DNA of 64,000 nucleotides from an uncultured Eubacteriales bacterium (GCA_934436505.1 CAKSAP010000001.1:147347-211346); one strand, 5' to 3'. Shown: positions 44,614 to 55,018, counted from the first letter of the stretch. Numbers and translations: made by a program. The notes: a model not told the origin generated them from the sequence alone.

Positions 44614-44624
44614 TGGGCTTTTGT

Positions 44625-45587
44625 TTAGTTCTTCTTTTGTACGTAGTTCAGCTCGCCGACTTCATCCCAAAGGATATAAATGTCATTGAGGCTTCTGCAA
44701 TAGGTGTCATAGGTCATATCTTTTTGACTTTTAACCGCTGTAAAGCCTGCTTGTTCAAGAGCCGCAGCAAACTGTGTTGCCATTTTAGATGACATACAGC
44801 GAATACGCATTGACATAATCAGCGAAGCGGGGTTTACAACGCCCGGCTTAAAGCCTGTAAGCCACCAATGAGCCTGCCATTCTCTTGTAAAGTAAACCTT
44901 GTTGTTTTGATAATCCTCTTTATTGAGATAAAGTGCGGACTCCATATAGAGAAGATGATCGTCGTCGGCACAGTGATAAAGCATAGCATTCTGCTTCGGG
45001 TCTTTCGTATATACACCGATTTCGCTTCCGCCAAAGGCACCGTACTGACCCTTCCAAAGCTGAATTCTCCAGTCAAGACCGTCGATAGGACCGAAGTCAA
45101 TTCTTGCCGTGCGGTAGTTCATATTGAAATAGTGAGCCGCCGTGTCATAGTGAGCAACGAAGTTTGCCTGCCTCTGCCAGTTGTCAAGGCTTGTGTAGAA
45201 AATACCCTGAACGGGGTCGTAATCATAGCCCATTATCTGTATAAACTCGGCAATTTGCTCGGGGCTCATACCGCTTTGCTTTGCGGCGTCCTTGATAGCG
45301 TCGTCAACCTTCGGGTCGCTGCTGTATGTAGTGCCTTCCGTCGTTGCGCTGTCGGACGCTTTTGCTGTAGTGTTCCTTGCGTCCTCCATTGTAGCGGCAG
45401 GATCTGTTGTAGCCTCGCCCTCGGGTTGAGATTCCTCCTCATAGGTGGGTCTTTCGATTTGAGCGTTGCCACGTGTAATTTCCTCTTCTTCATTATTCTT
45501 TTTACAAGAGGTAAAAATACAAGCTGTGAGTGTTAAAGCGAGAACAACACAGATTATTCTTCTAATGATGTTATTACTCTTTTCCAT
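44625..45587 (-). CDS. predicted lipoprotein with a conserved C-terminal domain (possibly DUF4474-like)
   Basis: Signal peptide with an LTAC lipobox, acidic T/E-rich linker, W/Y-rich C-terminal domain (WRIQLWKGQYG...). Family name is from memory only. Confidence 0.5.
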   Translation of the reverse strand: MEKSNNIIRRIICVVLALTLTACIFTSCKKNNEEEEITRGNAQIERPTYEEESQPEGEATTDPAATMEDARNTTAKASDSATTEGTTYSSDPKVDDAIKDAAKQSGMSPEQIAEFIQIMGYDYDPVQGIFYTSLDNWQRQANFVAHYDTAAHYFNMNYRTARIDFGPIDGLDWRIQLWKGQYGAFGGSEIGVYTKDPKQNAMLYHCADDDHLLYMESALYLNKEDYQNNKVYFTREWQAHWWLTGFKPGVVNPASLIMSMRIRCMSSKMATQFAAALEQAGFTAVKSQKDMTYDTYCRSLNDIYILWDEVGELNYVQKKN

Positions 45588-45726
45588 AAGAAATGTGTGC
45601 CTCCTAAGACTACCTTTAGTAAATTTAATTATCGCATAATTATTGACTTATGTCAATATTTATTGCTTTTTGGCAGGTAATATGTTATTTTATTATGGAG
45701 TAAAAAATATCGGAAGGAAGTACGAA

Positions 45727-46971
45727 ATGAGCGATATAAGAAATTTGGCTCTCTATGAATCGGGAGAGAGAAAAATACAGTGGGTCAAGGCGAATATGCC
45801 GATTTTGTCCTCACTTGAAAAGGAGTTTGCACAGGAAAAGCCGTTTGAAGGCTTGAGGGTTGCGCTTTCGGTTCATCTTGAGGCGAAAACAGCATATCTT
45901 TGCAGAGTTCTTGCGGCAGGCGGTGCCGAAATGTATGTTACGGGCAGCAATCCGCTTTCGACGCAGGATGATGTTGCGGCGGCTCTCGTTAAGGGCGGAA
46001 TGAACGTTTTTGCCTATCACGGAGCTACCGCAGAGGAATACAATGAGCATTTGCGCAGGGTAATTGAAATTGCTCCTAACATTATTATTGATGACGGCGG
46101 CGACCTCGTAAATCTCATTCACAATGAATATCCGCAGCTGATTGAAAACGTTATCGGCGGTTGTGAGGAAACAACCACGGGTATAATAAGGCTTAAGGCT
46201 ATGGAAAAGGACGGCAAGCTTCTTTTCCCGATGATGGCTGTAAACAACGCACAGTGCAAGTATCTTTTCGACAACCGCTACGGCACGGGACAGAGCGTTT
46301 GGGACGGAATTAACAGAACGACAAACCTTGTTGTTGCAGGCAAAAAGGTTGTTGTCGCAGGCTACGGCTGGTGCGGTAAGGGCGTTGCAATGAGAGCAAA
46401 GGGCTTGGGCGCAGACGTTATCGTTACCGAGATTGACCCGATAAAGGCTATGGAGGCTAAGATGGAGGGCTTTACCGTTCTTCCTATGGTCGAAGCGGCT
46501 AAAATCGGAGATTTCTTTATTACCGTTACAGGCTGTAAGGACGTTATTACAGAGAAAGCAATGCTCAATATGAAGGACGGTGCAATCGTGTGCAATGCAG
46601 GTCATTTCAACGTTGAGATAAACGTCGGCGACCTCGAAAAGAATGCGGTTGAAATTACCGAAAAGAGAAATAATATTATGGGCTACAGGCTTGCAAACGG
46701 TCATTGGATAAATCTTATTGCCGAGGGCAGACTTGTAAACCTTGCGGCAGGCGACGGACACCCTGCCGAGATTATGGATATGAGCTTTGCCATTCAGGCT
46801 CTTTCCGCCGAGTATATGGCGAAAAACCGTGATAAGGTCAAGGTCGGCGTAAACTTCGTTCCACAGGAGATTGACCGCAACGTTGCAATGAGAAAGCTTG
46901 CGGCTTGGGGTATTTCGATTGACAGCCTTTCGCCCGAGCAGGAAAAGTATATAAACAGCTGGAATGTTTAA
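45727..46971 (+). CDS. ahcY: adenosylhomocysteinase
   Basis: NAD-binding GYGWCGKG. Start at MSDIRN, which has a GGAAGGAAG RBS. Confidence 0.9.
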   Translation: MSDIRNLALYESGERKIQWVKANMPILSSLEKEFAQEKPFEGLRVALSVHLEAKTAYLCRVLAAGGAEMYVTGSNPLSTQDDVAAALVKGGMNVFAYHGATAEEYNEHLRRVIEIAPNIIIDDGGDLVNLIHNEYPQLIENVIGGCEETTTGIIRLKAMEKDGKLLFPMMAVNNAQCKYLFDNRYGTGQSVWDGINRTTNLVVAGKKVVVAGYGWCGKGVAMRAKGLGADVIVTEIDPIKAMEAKMEGFTVLPMVEAAKIGDFFITVTGCKDVITEKAMLNMKDGAIVCNAGHFNVEINVGDLEKNAVEITEKRNNIMGYRLANGHWINLIAEGRLVNLAAGDGHPAEIMDMSFAIQALSAEYMAKNRDKVKVGVNFVPQEIDRNVAMRKLAAWGISIDSLSPEQEKYINSWNV

Positions 46972-47088
46972 TTTGTGAAAATTCAATAAAAATTCATAAA
47001 ATATCTTTATTTTATTATAAACTTGTGCTATACTGTAGATGTAAACAAAAGCTACGGCTTTTGAATATATAAGTAAGGGGATGTCATA

Positions 47089-47619
47089 ATGAACATTACC
47101 ATCATCGGCAGAAAATGCACACCGAGAGAATCCTTCAAAGAAAGGGCTGAGTTAAAGCTTAGCAAGGTTGAGAAATTTTTCGGACCTGACGCAAACGCTA
47201 AGGTAACGGCAACGGTTGAAAAAAACATCAAAATTGTTGAGATTACGCTGACTAAAGGCGGATATATATTCAGAGCACAGGAACGTTCACAGGATCTTGA
47301 GGATGCGCTTGACACTTGCGTAGAGTCGCTTATCAGACAGATCAGAAAAAATAAGACGAAGCTCGAAAAGAAGATTCATGAGACATCATTTGACGAGGTT
47401 TTCAACAACGCAGACGACGAGGAAACGGAATTTGACATTGTAAGAACAAAGAATGTTATCCTCAAACCCGAAACGGTTGACGAAGCTGTTTTGCAGATGA
47501 ATATGCTCGGACATCAGTTCTATATGTTCCGCAACTCCGAAAGCGACGACATAAACGTCGTTTACAAGAGAAAGGACGGCGGCTACGGACTTATCGAGCC
47601 GACGGAGGAATGGGCATAA
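47089..47619 (+). CDS. hpf: ribosome hibernation promoting factor (long form)
   Basis: 176 aa with an S30AE/YfiA N-domain, acidic linker and C-terminal dimerisation domain. Confidence 0.9.
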   Translation: MNITIIGRKCTPRESFKERAELKLSKVEKFFGPDANAKVTATVEKNIKIVEITLTKGGYIFRAQERSQDLEDALDTCVESLIRQIRKNKTKLEKKIHETSFDEVFNNADDEETEFDIVRTKNVILKPETVDEAVLQMNMLGHQFYMFRNSESDDINVVYKRKDGGYGLIEPTEEWA

Positions 47620-47701
47620 GGCTTTAATAAAACAATAAAGGCATAATAACAGCGGTGGCAGAGAAATCTGTCACCGCTTCTTGCTGTGTAAATTTAATTG
47701 T

Positions 47702-48859
47702 TTAAGCGTAAATTGCCTTGTCGATATAGAACATATCGAACGCATCTACGGTCGAGTCCTCGTTTATATCCGCACAAGCCGCCTGAGCAGAGGTCAGCTC
47801 GCCCTTGCCCGAAAGGTAAATCGAAACAAGCGTGAGGTCGGATATGCCGACGTTTCCGTCGCCGTCCGTGTCGCCGATAAGAAGCGAGGTAAACGGGATA
47901 TTGTTGGCTTTAGCGTAGCTCTCCGTCGGAGTGCCGGCTTTCGCATAAATCGTGAGCGCCGTGCTGCCTAAATCTCCGAATTCCAATTTGGCTTCGCTCA
48001 ACACCACAAGCTCTTCGAGCGAGGTGCAGCTGTTAAAGGAGCTTATTGTTACCGAGGTCACAGAGGACGGAACGGTAACCTTTTTAAGTCCGGAGCATTT
48101 GTAAAACGCAAACTCGTCAACAATTTCAACGCCCTTGGGTATTGTAATCTCGGTCAAAGCGGTACATTCCATAAATGCGGCTCTGTCAATGCTTTTAATG
48201 CTGCTCGGAAGTGAAATGCTTGTAAGATTTTTACAGCCTACAAAAGCGCCGATTCCGATTTCGGTAACGCCCAGAGGGATTTTCAACGTCTCAATCGGAG
48301 CCATGTAAAAGGCGTAGTTGGAGATTTTCTTAACGCTGCTCGGAATTTCAACGTTTTTAAGCGGCTTTCCGTTCAAATAGAATTCGCTTGCAAAGCAAAA
48401 CGGGTTTGCATCTTGGTCGCCGAATTTGATTTCACACCAAACGGCAAGATTTTCAATATTTATCCTTTTAAGGCTCGGACACTCCGAAAAAGCACCCTCG
48501 CCGATTTCCTTAACGCTCTGCGGAATGGTAACGGTTTCGAGTGACGGATTTTTTTTGAAGCATTGTGCGCCGATAGAGGTTATTGTGTCGGGAATGACGA
48601 CGTTTGTAAGATTGTCGCACAAGCCGCAGGAATATACGCCCAGCACCGTTACGGGTAAGCCACGGAACTCCGAGGGGATAATCAAATCTGTGTCTGTTCC
48701 GTCGTAGCTCAAAAGCTCATAGGTGCCGTCGTCAAGCAGGCGGTACGAATAGTCGCCGTCGATTATAGTTTCATTTTCAGCAAAGGCTGTTATTCCGCCG
48801 AGATTGATAACGGAAAAAATCAAAACAAGCGAAAGAATAACAGAAAGTGTTTTTTTCAT
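47702..48859 (-). CDS. secreted leucine-rich-repeat (BspA/TpLRR-type) protein with a C-terminal type I dockerin
   Basis: Signal peptide, multiple approximately 23-aa LRR units (IPxxVxxIGxxAFxxCxxL), and a C-terminus with two Ca-binding dockerin repeats (DTDGDGNVGISD, DINEDSTVDAFD). Confidence 0.8.
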   Translation of the reverse strand: MKKTLSVILSLVLIFSVINLGGITAFAENETIIDGDYSYRLLDDGTYELLSYDGTDTDLIIPSEFRGLPVTVLGVYSCGLCDNLTNVVIPDTITSIGAQCFKKNPSLETVTIPQSVKEIGEGAFSECPSLKRINIENLAVWCEIKFGDQDANPFCFASEFYLNGKPLKNVEIPSSVKKISNYAFYMAPIETLKIPLGVTEIGIGAFVGCKNLTSISLPSSIKSIDRAAFMECTALTEITIPKGVEIVDEFAFYKCSGLKKVTVPSSVTSVTISSFNSCTSLEELVVLSEAKLEFGDLGSTALTIYAKAGTPTESYAKANNIPFTSLLIGDTDGDGNVGISDLTLVSIYLSGKGELTSAQAACADINEDSTVDAFDMFYIDKAIYA

Positions 48860-48979
48860 ATTTACCTCTTTTCAAAATCAGATAATCAACATTTCGTTAT
48901 AAATAGTATACTATTTCGAAAAATTTTCGTCAATGTATAAATTGTTAATTTTAACCATATACAAGGCTTGAAAATTGTA

Positions 48980-49013
48980 AAAAAATACCACGATAGAATT
49001 TCTACCGTGGTAC
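48980..49013 (-). terminator. rho-independent terminator after pnp
   Basis: On the minus strand, ACCACGG...CGTGGT hairpin followed by TTTTTTTAC. Confidence 0.6.
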
Positions 49014-49025
49014 TTGCATTAAAGA

Positions 49026-51212
49026 TTATTTTCTGCGGAAGTTAGCTCTTCTGCCTTCTCTTCTCTGCGGTCTTTCATTGAGGTCGTTTTCGGGGGTAAG
49101 TCCCTCAACCTCGATAAGAGCCTCACGGCGTGAGAAGTTAAGTCTGCCCTGCTCGTCCTTCGGAAGAACCTTTACGATGATTTCGTCGCCTACATTGACT
49201 ACGTCCTCAACCTTTTCTGTTCTCTTAACGTCAAGGTGGCTGATGTGTACCATACCCTCAACACCGGGAACGATTTCAACAAATGCGCCGAAGCTCATAA
49301 GACGAGTAACAACGCCCTTGTAGATTGCGCCTACCTCGGGACCGTTTGCGATTGTCTCAACAATGAAGATAGCCTTCTTTGCATTGTCAAGGTCAATAGC
49401 GGAAACAAATACCTGTCCTTCTTCGTTAACGTCAACCTTACAGTCGCACTCTGCGCAGATTTTCTGAATAACCTTGCCCTGCTTACCGATAACCTCGCCA
49501 ATCTTTTCGGGGTCAATCTTTGTTGTAAGCATCTTCGGAGCCCACTTTGAAAGCTCTGCTCTCGGCTCTGAAATAACGGGAAGCATAATATCGTCAAGTA
49601 TATAATCTCTTGCCTTGTGAGTCTTTGCGAAAGCCTCTTTGATGATTTCGGGAGTAAGACCGTGAACCTTGAGGTCCATCTGAATAGCTGTGATACCCTT
49701 CTTAGTACCTGCAACCTTGAAGTCCATATCGCCGTAGAAATCTTCAAGTCCCTGAATGTCAACCATTGTCATAAAGTCGCCGTAAACGCCCTCGTCGCCT
49801 GTGATAAGACCGCAGGAAATACCTGCAACGGGTGCTTTAATCGGAACGCCTGCTGCCATAAGTGCAAGAGTCGAGCCGCAGATTGAGCCCTGTGAGGTCG
49901 AGCCGTTTGAAGAAAGAACTTCTGAAACAACACGGATAGCATAGGGGAACTCCTCAACTGACGGAAGAACGGGAACAAGAGCCTTTTCAGCAAGAGCACC
50001 GTGTCCGATTTCTCTTCTGCCCGGACCTCTTGACGGCTTTGTTTCGCCAACCGAGTATGAGGGGAAGTTGTAGTGGTGGATATATCTCTTTTCCTTCTGC
50101 TCGTCAAGTCCGTCAAGCTGCTGAGCGTCGCTTATCGGGCCGAGCGTCGCAACTGAAAGCACCTGAGTTTGACCTCTTGTGAACATACCTGAGCCGTGAG
50201 CTCTTGCAAGGAGGTCGATTTCAGCGTTAAGCGGACGAATTTCGTCAATGCCTCTGCCGTCAACTCTCTTGTGCTCATCCTTGAGCCATGAACGAACAAC
50301 GTGCTTCTGAACAAGATACATAATCTCGTCAAGCTTAGCTTCGTTGCCCTCAAACTTCTCGTCGAACTTCTCATGAACAGCTGCGTAAATCGGAAGAAGA
50401 GCCTCATCACGAACAAGCTTGTCGTCTGTATCAAGAGCCTTCTTGACATCTTCAATGCAGAAGTCCTCGATTTCCTTGAAAATAACGGGATCGGGGTCTG
50501 AAGATTCATAAGCGAACTTGGGCTTACCTACCTCGTCAACGATACCCTGAATGAATTTAACGATTTTTTTGTTTTCCTCGTGACCTGCCATAATGCAATC
50601 GAACATAAGGTCGTCGGAAATTTCGTTACCGCCTGCCTCGATCATAGCAACAAGGTCAGCTGTTGAAGCAACGGTAAGGTTGAGGTCAGTCTTTGCTCTC
50701 TGCTCGAGAGTGGGGTTGATAACGATTTCGCCGTCAACAAGACCGACATTTACGCCTGAAATGGGACCGTCCCACGGAATATCAGAAATTGCGATAGCTG
50801 CCGAAACGCCGATCATAGCTGCGATTTCGGGGCTGCAATCGGGGTCAACCGACATAACGGTTGCAACAACTGTGCAGTCATTGCGGAGATCCTTCGGGAA
50901 AAGGGGGCGGATAGGTCTGTCGATACATCTTGAAGTAAGAACAGCCTTTTCGCTTGCCTTACCCTCTCTTCTCTGGAAAGAGCCGGGGATTCTGCCTACC
51001 GAGTACATCTTCTCCTCGTAGTCAACTGAAAGCGGGAAGAAGTCAACGCCCTCACGGGGCTTAGCTGAAGCGGTAACTGTGCAAAGTACGTTTGTGTCGC
51101 CGTAACGAACCATAACAGCCGCATTTGCAAGTCCTGCCATTTTGCCGGTTTCGATTGAAAGCTTTCTGCCGGCAAGTTCGGTTTCCCAAACCTTAAAGTT
51201 TTTGAAAAACAT
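49026..51212 (-). CDS. pnp: polynucleotide phosphorylase
   Basis: 728 aa with two RNase PH domains, KH and S1 domains, and a basic C-terminal tail. Confidence 0.95.
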   Translation of the reverse strand: MFFKNFKVWETELAGRKLSIETGKMAGLANAAVMVRYGDTNVLCTVTASAKPREGVDFFPLSVDYEEKMYSVGRIPGSFQRREGKASEKAVLTSRCIDRPIRPLFPKDLRNDCTVVATVMSVDPDCSPEIAAMIGVSAAIAISDIPWDGPISGVNVGLVDGEIVINPTLEQRAKTDLNLTVASTADLVAMIEAGGNEISDDLMFDCIMAGHEENKKIVKFIQGIVDEVGKPKFAYESSDPDPVIFKEIEDFCIEDVKKALDTDDKLVRDEALLPIYAAVHEKFDEKFEGNEAKLDEIMYLVQKHVVRSWLKDEHKRVDGRGIDEIRPLNAEIDLLARAHGSGMFTRGQTQVLSVATLGPISDAQQLDGLDEQKEKRYIHHYNFPSYSVGETKPSRGPGRREIGHGALAEKALVPVLPSVEEFPYAIRVVSEVLSSNGSTSQGSICGSTLALMAAGVPIKAPVAGISCGLITGDEGVYGDFMTMVDIQGLEDFYGDMDFKVAGTKKGITAIQMDLKVHGLTPEIIKEAFAKTHKARDYILDDIMLPVISEPRAELSKWAPKMLTTKIDPEKIGEVIGKQGKVIQKICAECDCKVDVNEEGQVFVSAIDLDNAKKAIFIVETIANGPEVGAIYKGVVTRLMSFGAFVEIVPGVEGMVHISHLDVKRTEKVEDVVNVGDEIIVKVLPKDEQGRLNFSRREALIEVEGLTPENDLNERPQRREGRRANFRRK

Positions 51213-51351
51213 GATTTTTAACCTCTCTTTTTATTTTTTTCAAGGCTTAAATCTGTTTAGCAATAAACACAACATTTGGTATCAAATGCTCTGTTTACCG
51301 CTAAATGCAAGGATTTAGCCTTGATAATTCACTTCTCTTAAAAGCAATTCA

Positions 51352-51380
51352 AGGCAAGCAGAAAGCCTGCTTGCCTCAAA
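51352..51380 (-). terminator. rpsO-pnp intergenic hairpin (partial terminator / pnp leader processing site)
   Basis: GGCAAGCAG-loop-CTGCTTGCC 9-bp stem immediately 3' of rpsO, followed by a U-rich tract. It sits at the position of the E. coli rpsO terminator and pnp leader hairpin. Confidence 0.5.
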
Positions 51381-51386
51381 AGTGTC

Positions 51387-51650
51387 TTATTTACGAAGAC
51401 CAAGCTTCTTAACGATAGCACGGTATCTTTCGATATCGACTTTCTGAAGGTAAGCAAGAAGGTTTCTTCTGTGACCTACCATTTTGTGAAGGCCTCTTCT
51501 TGAGTGATGGTCCTTCTGGTTTGTTCTGAGATGCTCTGTAAGATCCTGAATTCTCTTTGTAAGAACAGCGATCTGAACCTCGGGAGAACCTGTGTCGCCC
51601 TCATGGATAGCATACTCAGCCATAATAGCCTGCTTCTCTGCCTGTGTCAT
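51387..51650 (-). CDS. rpsO: 30S ribosomal protein S15
   Basis: 87 aa starting [19 protein letters not shown]. The ORF-track start is 12 codons upstream. Confidence 0.9.
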   Translation of the reverse strand: MTQAEKQAIMAEYAIHEGDTGSPEVQIAVLTKRIQDLTEHLRTNQKDHHSRRGLHKMVGHRRNLLAYLQKVDIERYRAIVKKLGLRK

Positions 51651-51806
51651 TTGTTTCACCTCATTAAAATTTATTTTGCCCCGCACACCACAGGATAAGG
51701 TCAGGTGAACACTTGAAAAACAAGTTTACGCCATATTCCGTGATGCCGAAATGCTTGAATATTATATACCCCTTTTATATTTTTGTCAAGGAAATTTCGC
51801 TTGATA

Positions 51807-52232
51807 TTACGGAGTGGGCGCAGTATCGCCGTCGGTTGAAGCGTTTGTGCTTTCTGCATTGCTGTCAACGGGAGCCGAGCCATAATAACGTGGGCCGTTG
51901 TCCGAAGAAGCATTGCTTAGCGTGACGGCGGACGGAGTAACAGATTTCTTTTTAGGTTTAGAAGTGTTGGCAAGCTGTAAAAGGAAATAGGAAAACGCCA
52001 ACAATCCGATTATGATTAAAAGAAAACTAAACATATCTTGTATTGTGTAGCTTAAAACGCTAATATTATTGGCTGCCGATGCGGTTGCGTTTTGTATATC
52101 GGTGTATGCGTCTCCACCGTACGTCTTAAAGTCAACACAGTCTCCTCCGTAAAAACCGTCGTAACAATAAATTCCGAGCAAAAAGGATATAACGCTTGAA
52201 ATCATGCCTAAAATTGATGCTGCTTTTTTCAT
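51807..52232 (-). CDS. hypothetical small membrane protein
   Basis: Two predicted TM helices and an S/T/D-rich C-terminal tail. AGGAGGA RBS at the internal Met. No recognisable family. Confidence 0.4.
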   Translation of the reverse strand: MKKAASILGMISSVISFLLGIYCYDGFYGGDCVDFKTYGGDAYTDIQNATASAANNISVLSYTIQDMFSFLLIIIGLLAFSYFLLQLANTSKPKKKSVTPSAVTLSNASSDNGPRYYGSAPVDSNAESTNASTDGDTAPTP

Positions 52233-52486
52233 AAAAATCCTCCTAAAACAAAAAAACAACAATAAATGCGTTTGCAAATATTGTAGTTTTATTATATATT
52301 AATAAATTTTCCGAGTCAACCGAGAATTCTCCGCCGACAAGTTAAAGACAAATTGTTTAATATGGCTTTTATTTTTAGTTAAATAGCCGAAATTTATTAT
52401 TTTGCCGAACGCACGGTTGAATTTGCATTAAAAATAGTATAATATATAGGCGTTAAATTTTGTTTATTAACTTTTGGAGGCATATA

Positions 52487-55003
52487 ATGAACTATTCGCT
52501 TACTAAAAAGAAGGCAAAAGAGCTTGTTGAGGCAAAGCTCTCGCACTTCATGGGAGTTTCTCCCGAGGAAGCAACGGACGAACAATACTACAAGGCTATC
52601 GCTCTTATCGTTCGTGATATGATGAGCGCAGGCAGAGCCGACTTTACGGCGGATGCGGAGAAAAAGGGCACAAAAAGAGTTTATTATCTCTGCATGGAGT
52701 TCCTCATGGGTCGTTCGCTTAAAAACAATCTTTACAACCTCAATCTTACGGAGGTTTTTGAAAGCGTTTTGAGCGATTACGGCGTAAAGCTCGACAATAT
52801 ATATGAATGTGAGCCCGACGCAGGTCTCGGCAACGGCGGACTCGGCAGACTTGCCGCTTGCTATCTTGACGGTCTTGCAACGCAGGGATATCCGGCAAGA
52901 GGCTACTCAATCCTCTATGAAGCAGGCATTTTCAAGCAGAAGCTTGTTGACGGCTGGCAGACGGAGCTTCCCGATTTCTGGCTTCCCGGCGGAGAGGTTT
53001 GGCTTGTTCCCCACGAGGAGAGCGCACTTGAGGTTCGCTTTGACGGCGAGGTTGTCGATTCCTGGGAAAATCAGTTCCACCACGTTGAAATTGTAAACTA
53101 CAACCCCGTTAAGGCTGTGCCTTATGATATGTATGTTTCGGGTAAGGACGGCAAGGGTATTTCCGTGCTTCGTCTTTGGGCTGCCAAAGCACCTGCTCTT
53201 GATATGACGCTTTTCAATCAGGGCGATTACATGAGAGCTATGGAAAGAAATGCTATGGCAGAGGTTATTTCAAAGGTTCTCTATCCCGCAGACAATCATC
53301 CCGAGGGCAAGTCATTGAGACTTCGTCAGCAGTATTTCTTGGTATCCGCTTCAATTCAGGATATTGTTCACAAGCATCTTCGCACCTACGGAACACTTGA
53401 CAATCTTCCCGAAAAGGTTGCTATTCATATCAACGATACTCATCCGACGCTTGCAATCCCCGAGCTTATGAGAATTATGCTTGACGAATGCGGCTACGGC
53501 TGGGATGACGCTTGGAATATTGTTACAAAGACGGTTGCATACACAAACCATACCGTTATGAAAGAGGCTCTTGAGTGCTGGCCCGAGGACCTTTATAAAC
53601 GCCTTATGCCGAGAATTTGGCAGATTACAAAGGAAATTGACAACCGTTTCAGAAACTTTGTATGGCAGGCAACAAACAACGCAGATCAGGTTGAGAGAAT
53701 GGCAATTATGTCAAACGGCGTAGTCAGAATGGCTAACCTTTGCGTTGTCGGCTCTCATTCGGTAAACGGTGTTTCGGCACTTCACTCCGAAATTCTTAAA
53801 GAAACCGTGTTCAGCGATTTCTATGCGCTCACACCGAGCAAGTTTAAGAATGTTACAAACGGTATTGCTCACAGACGTTGGCTCTGTCAGTCAAATCCGA
53901 GACTTACCGAATATGCACAGTCGCTTATCGGAGACGGCTTTGTTAAAAATGCCGAAGAGCTTAGCAATTTGCGTAAGTTCACAGACGATAAAAAGGTGCT
54001 TGCGAAAATCGGCGAGATAAAGCACGATAACAAACAGCAGTTTGCGGCTTACGTTAAGAAAACGACAGGCGTTGAGCTTGACCCCGATTCGATTTTTGAC
54101 GTTCAGGTTAAGCGTTTGCATGAGTATAAGAGGCAGAATCTCAATGCGTTGAATATACTTGCGGATTATCTTGAAATCAAGGATAATCCCGACGGCGAGT
54201 TCACACCGCACACCTATATCTTCGGCGCAAAGGCGGCTTCGGGCTACTTTATGGCGAAGAAGATAATTTCCTTTATCTGCGCTCTCGGCGACCTTATCAA
54301 TAACGACCCCGATGTCAAGGGCAGATTAAAGGTTATATATCTTGAAGATTACAATGTAACAATGGCTGAAAAGCTTATGCCTGCGGCTGATGTTTCCGAG
54401 CAGATTTCTCTTGCAGGAACAGAGGCAAGCGGTACGGGCAATATGAAGCTTATGATTAACGGTGCTGTTACACTCGGCACAATGGACGGTGCAAACGTTG
54501 AAATTCACGACGCTGTCGGCGAGGATAATATTATTATCTTCGGTATGAGCACACCTGAGGTTGACGAGCTTAAACGCCGTGGCTATAATCCGATGAGCTA
54601 TTATAACAACAATGCGGAAATTAAGCGTGTTGTAGATTATATTTCACAGAACGGAATTGCAGGCAAGCAGTTCCCTGAAATCGCAAACATTATAAATTGT
54701 GATCCCTATATGGTTCTTGCTGATTTTGCCGATTACAGAAGAGCGCAGAAGCATATGATTGAGCTTTATAAGGACAGGGAAAAGTGGAACAGAATGTCGC
54801 TTATGAATATCTCCGGTGCAGGCAGATTTGCCGCTGACCGTGCGATTAACGAATACGCAAGAGATATTTGGCACACAAAATCGGCTTTTGAAAAGGAAGA
54901 AAATCCCGAAAAGCCCGTAGCGGAAAAAGCTCCTGCTAAAAAGACTGCTGAAAAGAAAACGGCGGAAAAGAAAGCACCCGCTAAAAAATCAGCGAAGAAA
55001 TAA
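52487..55003 (+). CDS. glgP: glycogen/maltodextrin phosphorylase (GT35)
   Basis: PLP site EASGTGNMK and GT35 conservation. Unusual 35-aa K/A/E-rich C-terminal extension (PAKKTAEKKTAEKKAPAKKSAKK). GGAGG RBS. Confidence 0.9.
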   Translation: MNYSLTKKKAKELVEAKLSHFMGVSPEEATDEQYYKAIALIVRDMMSAGRADFTADAEKKGTKRVYYLCMEFLMGRSLKNNLYNLNLTEVFESVLSDYGVKLDNIYECEPDAGLGNGGLGRLAACYLDGLATQGYPARGYSILYEAGIFKQKLVDGWQTELPDFWLPGGEVWLVPHEESALEVRFDGEVVDSWENQFHHVEIVNYNPVKAVPYDMYVSGKDGKGISVLRLWAAKAPALDMTLFNQGDYMRAMERNAMAEVISKVLYPADNHPEGKSLRLRQQYFLVSASIQDIVHKHLRTYGTLDNLPEKVAIHINDTHPTLAIPELMRIMLDECGYGWDDAWNIVTKTVAYTNHTVMKEALECWPEDLYKRLMPRIWQITKEIDNRFRNFVWQATNNADQVERMAIMSNGVVRMANLCVVGSHSVNGVSALHSEILKETVFSDFYALTPSKFKNVTNGIAHRRWLCQSNPRLTEYAQSLIGDGFVKNAEELSNLRKFTDDKKVLAKIGEIKHDNKQQFAAYVKKTTGVELDPDSIFDVQVKRLHEYKRQNLNALNILADYLEIKDNPDGEFTPHTYIFGAKAASGYFMAKKIISFICALGDLINNDPDVKGRLKVIYLEDYNVTMAEKLMPAADVSEQISLAGTEASGTGNMKLMINGAVTLGTMDGANVEIHDAVGEDNIIIFGMSTPEVDELKRRGYNPMSYYNNNAEIKRVVDYISQNGIAGKQFPEIANIINCDPYMVLADFADYRRAQKHMIELYKDREKWNRMSLMNISGAGRFAADRAINEYARDIWHTKSAFEKEENPEKPVAEKAPAKKTAEKKTAEKKAPAKKSAKK

Positions 55004-55018
55004 TTGAGCTTCAAAACA

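Noticed and set aside
45811-46986. 391-aa minus-strand ORF
   Set aside because: It is antisense to ahcY, whose translation has unmistakable adenosylhomocysteinase motifs. It is a long spurious ORF typical of GC-biased third positions.
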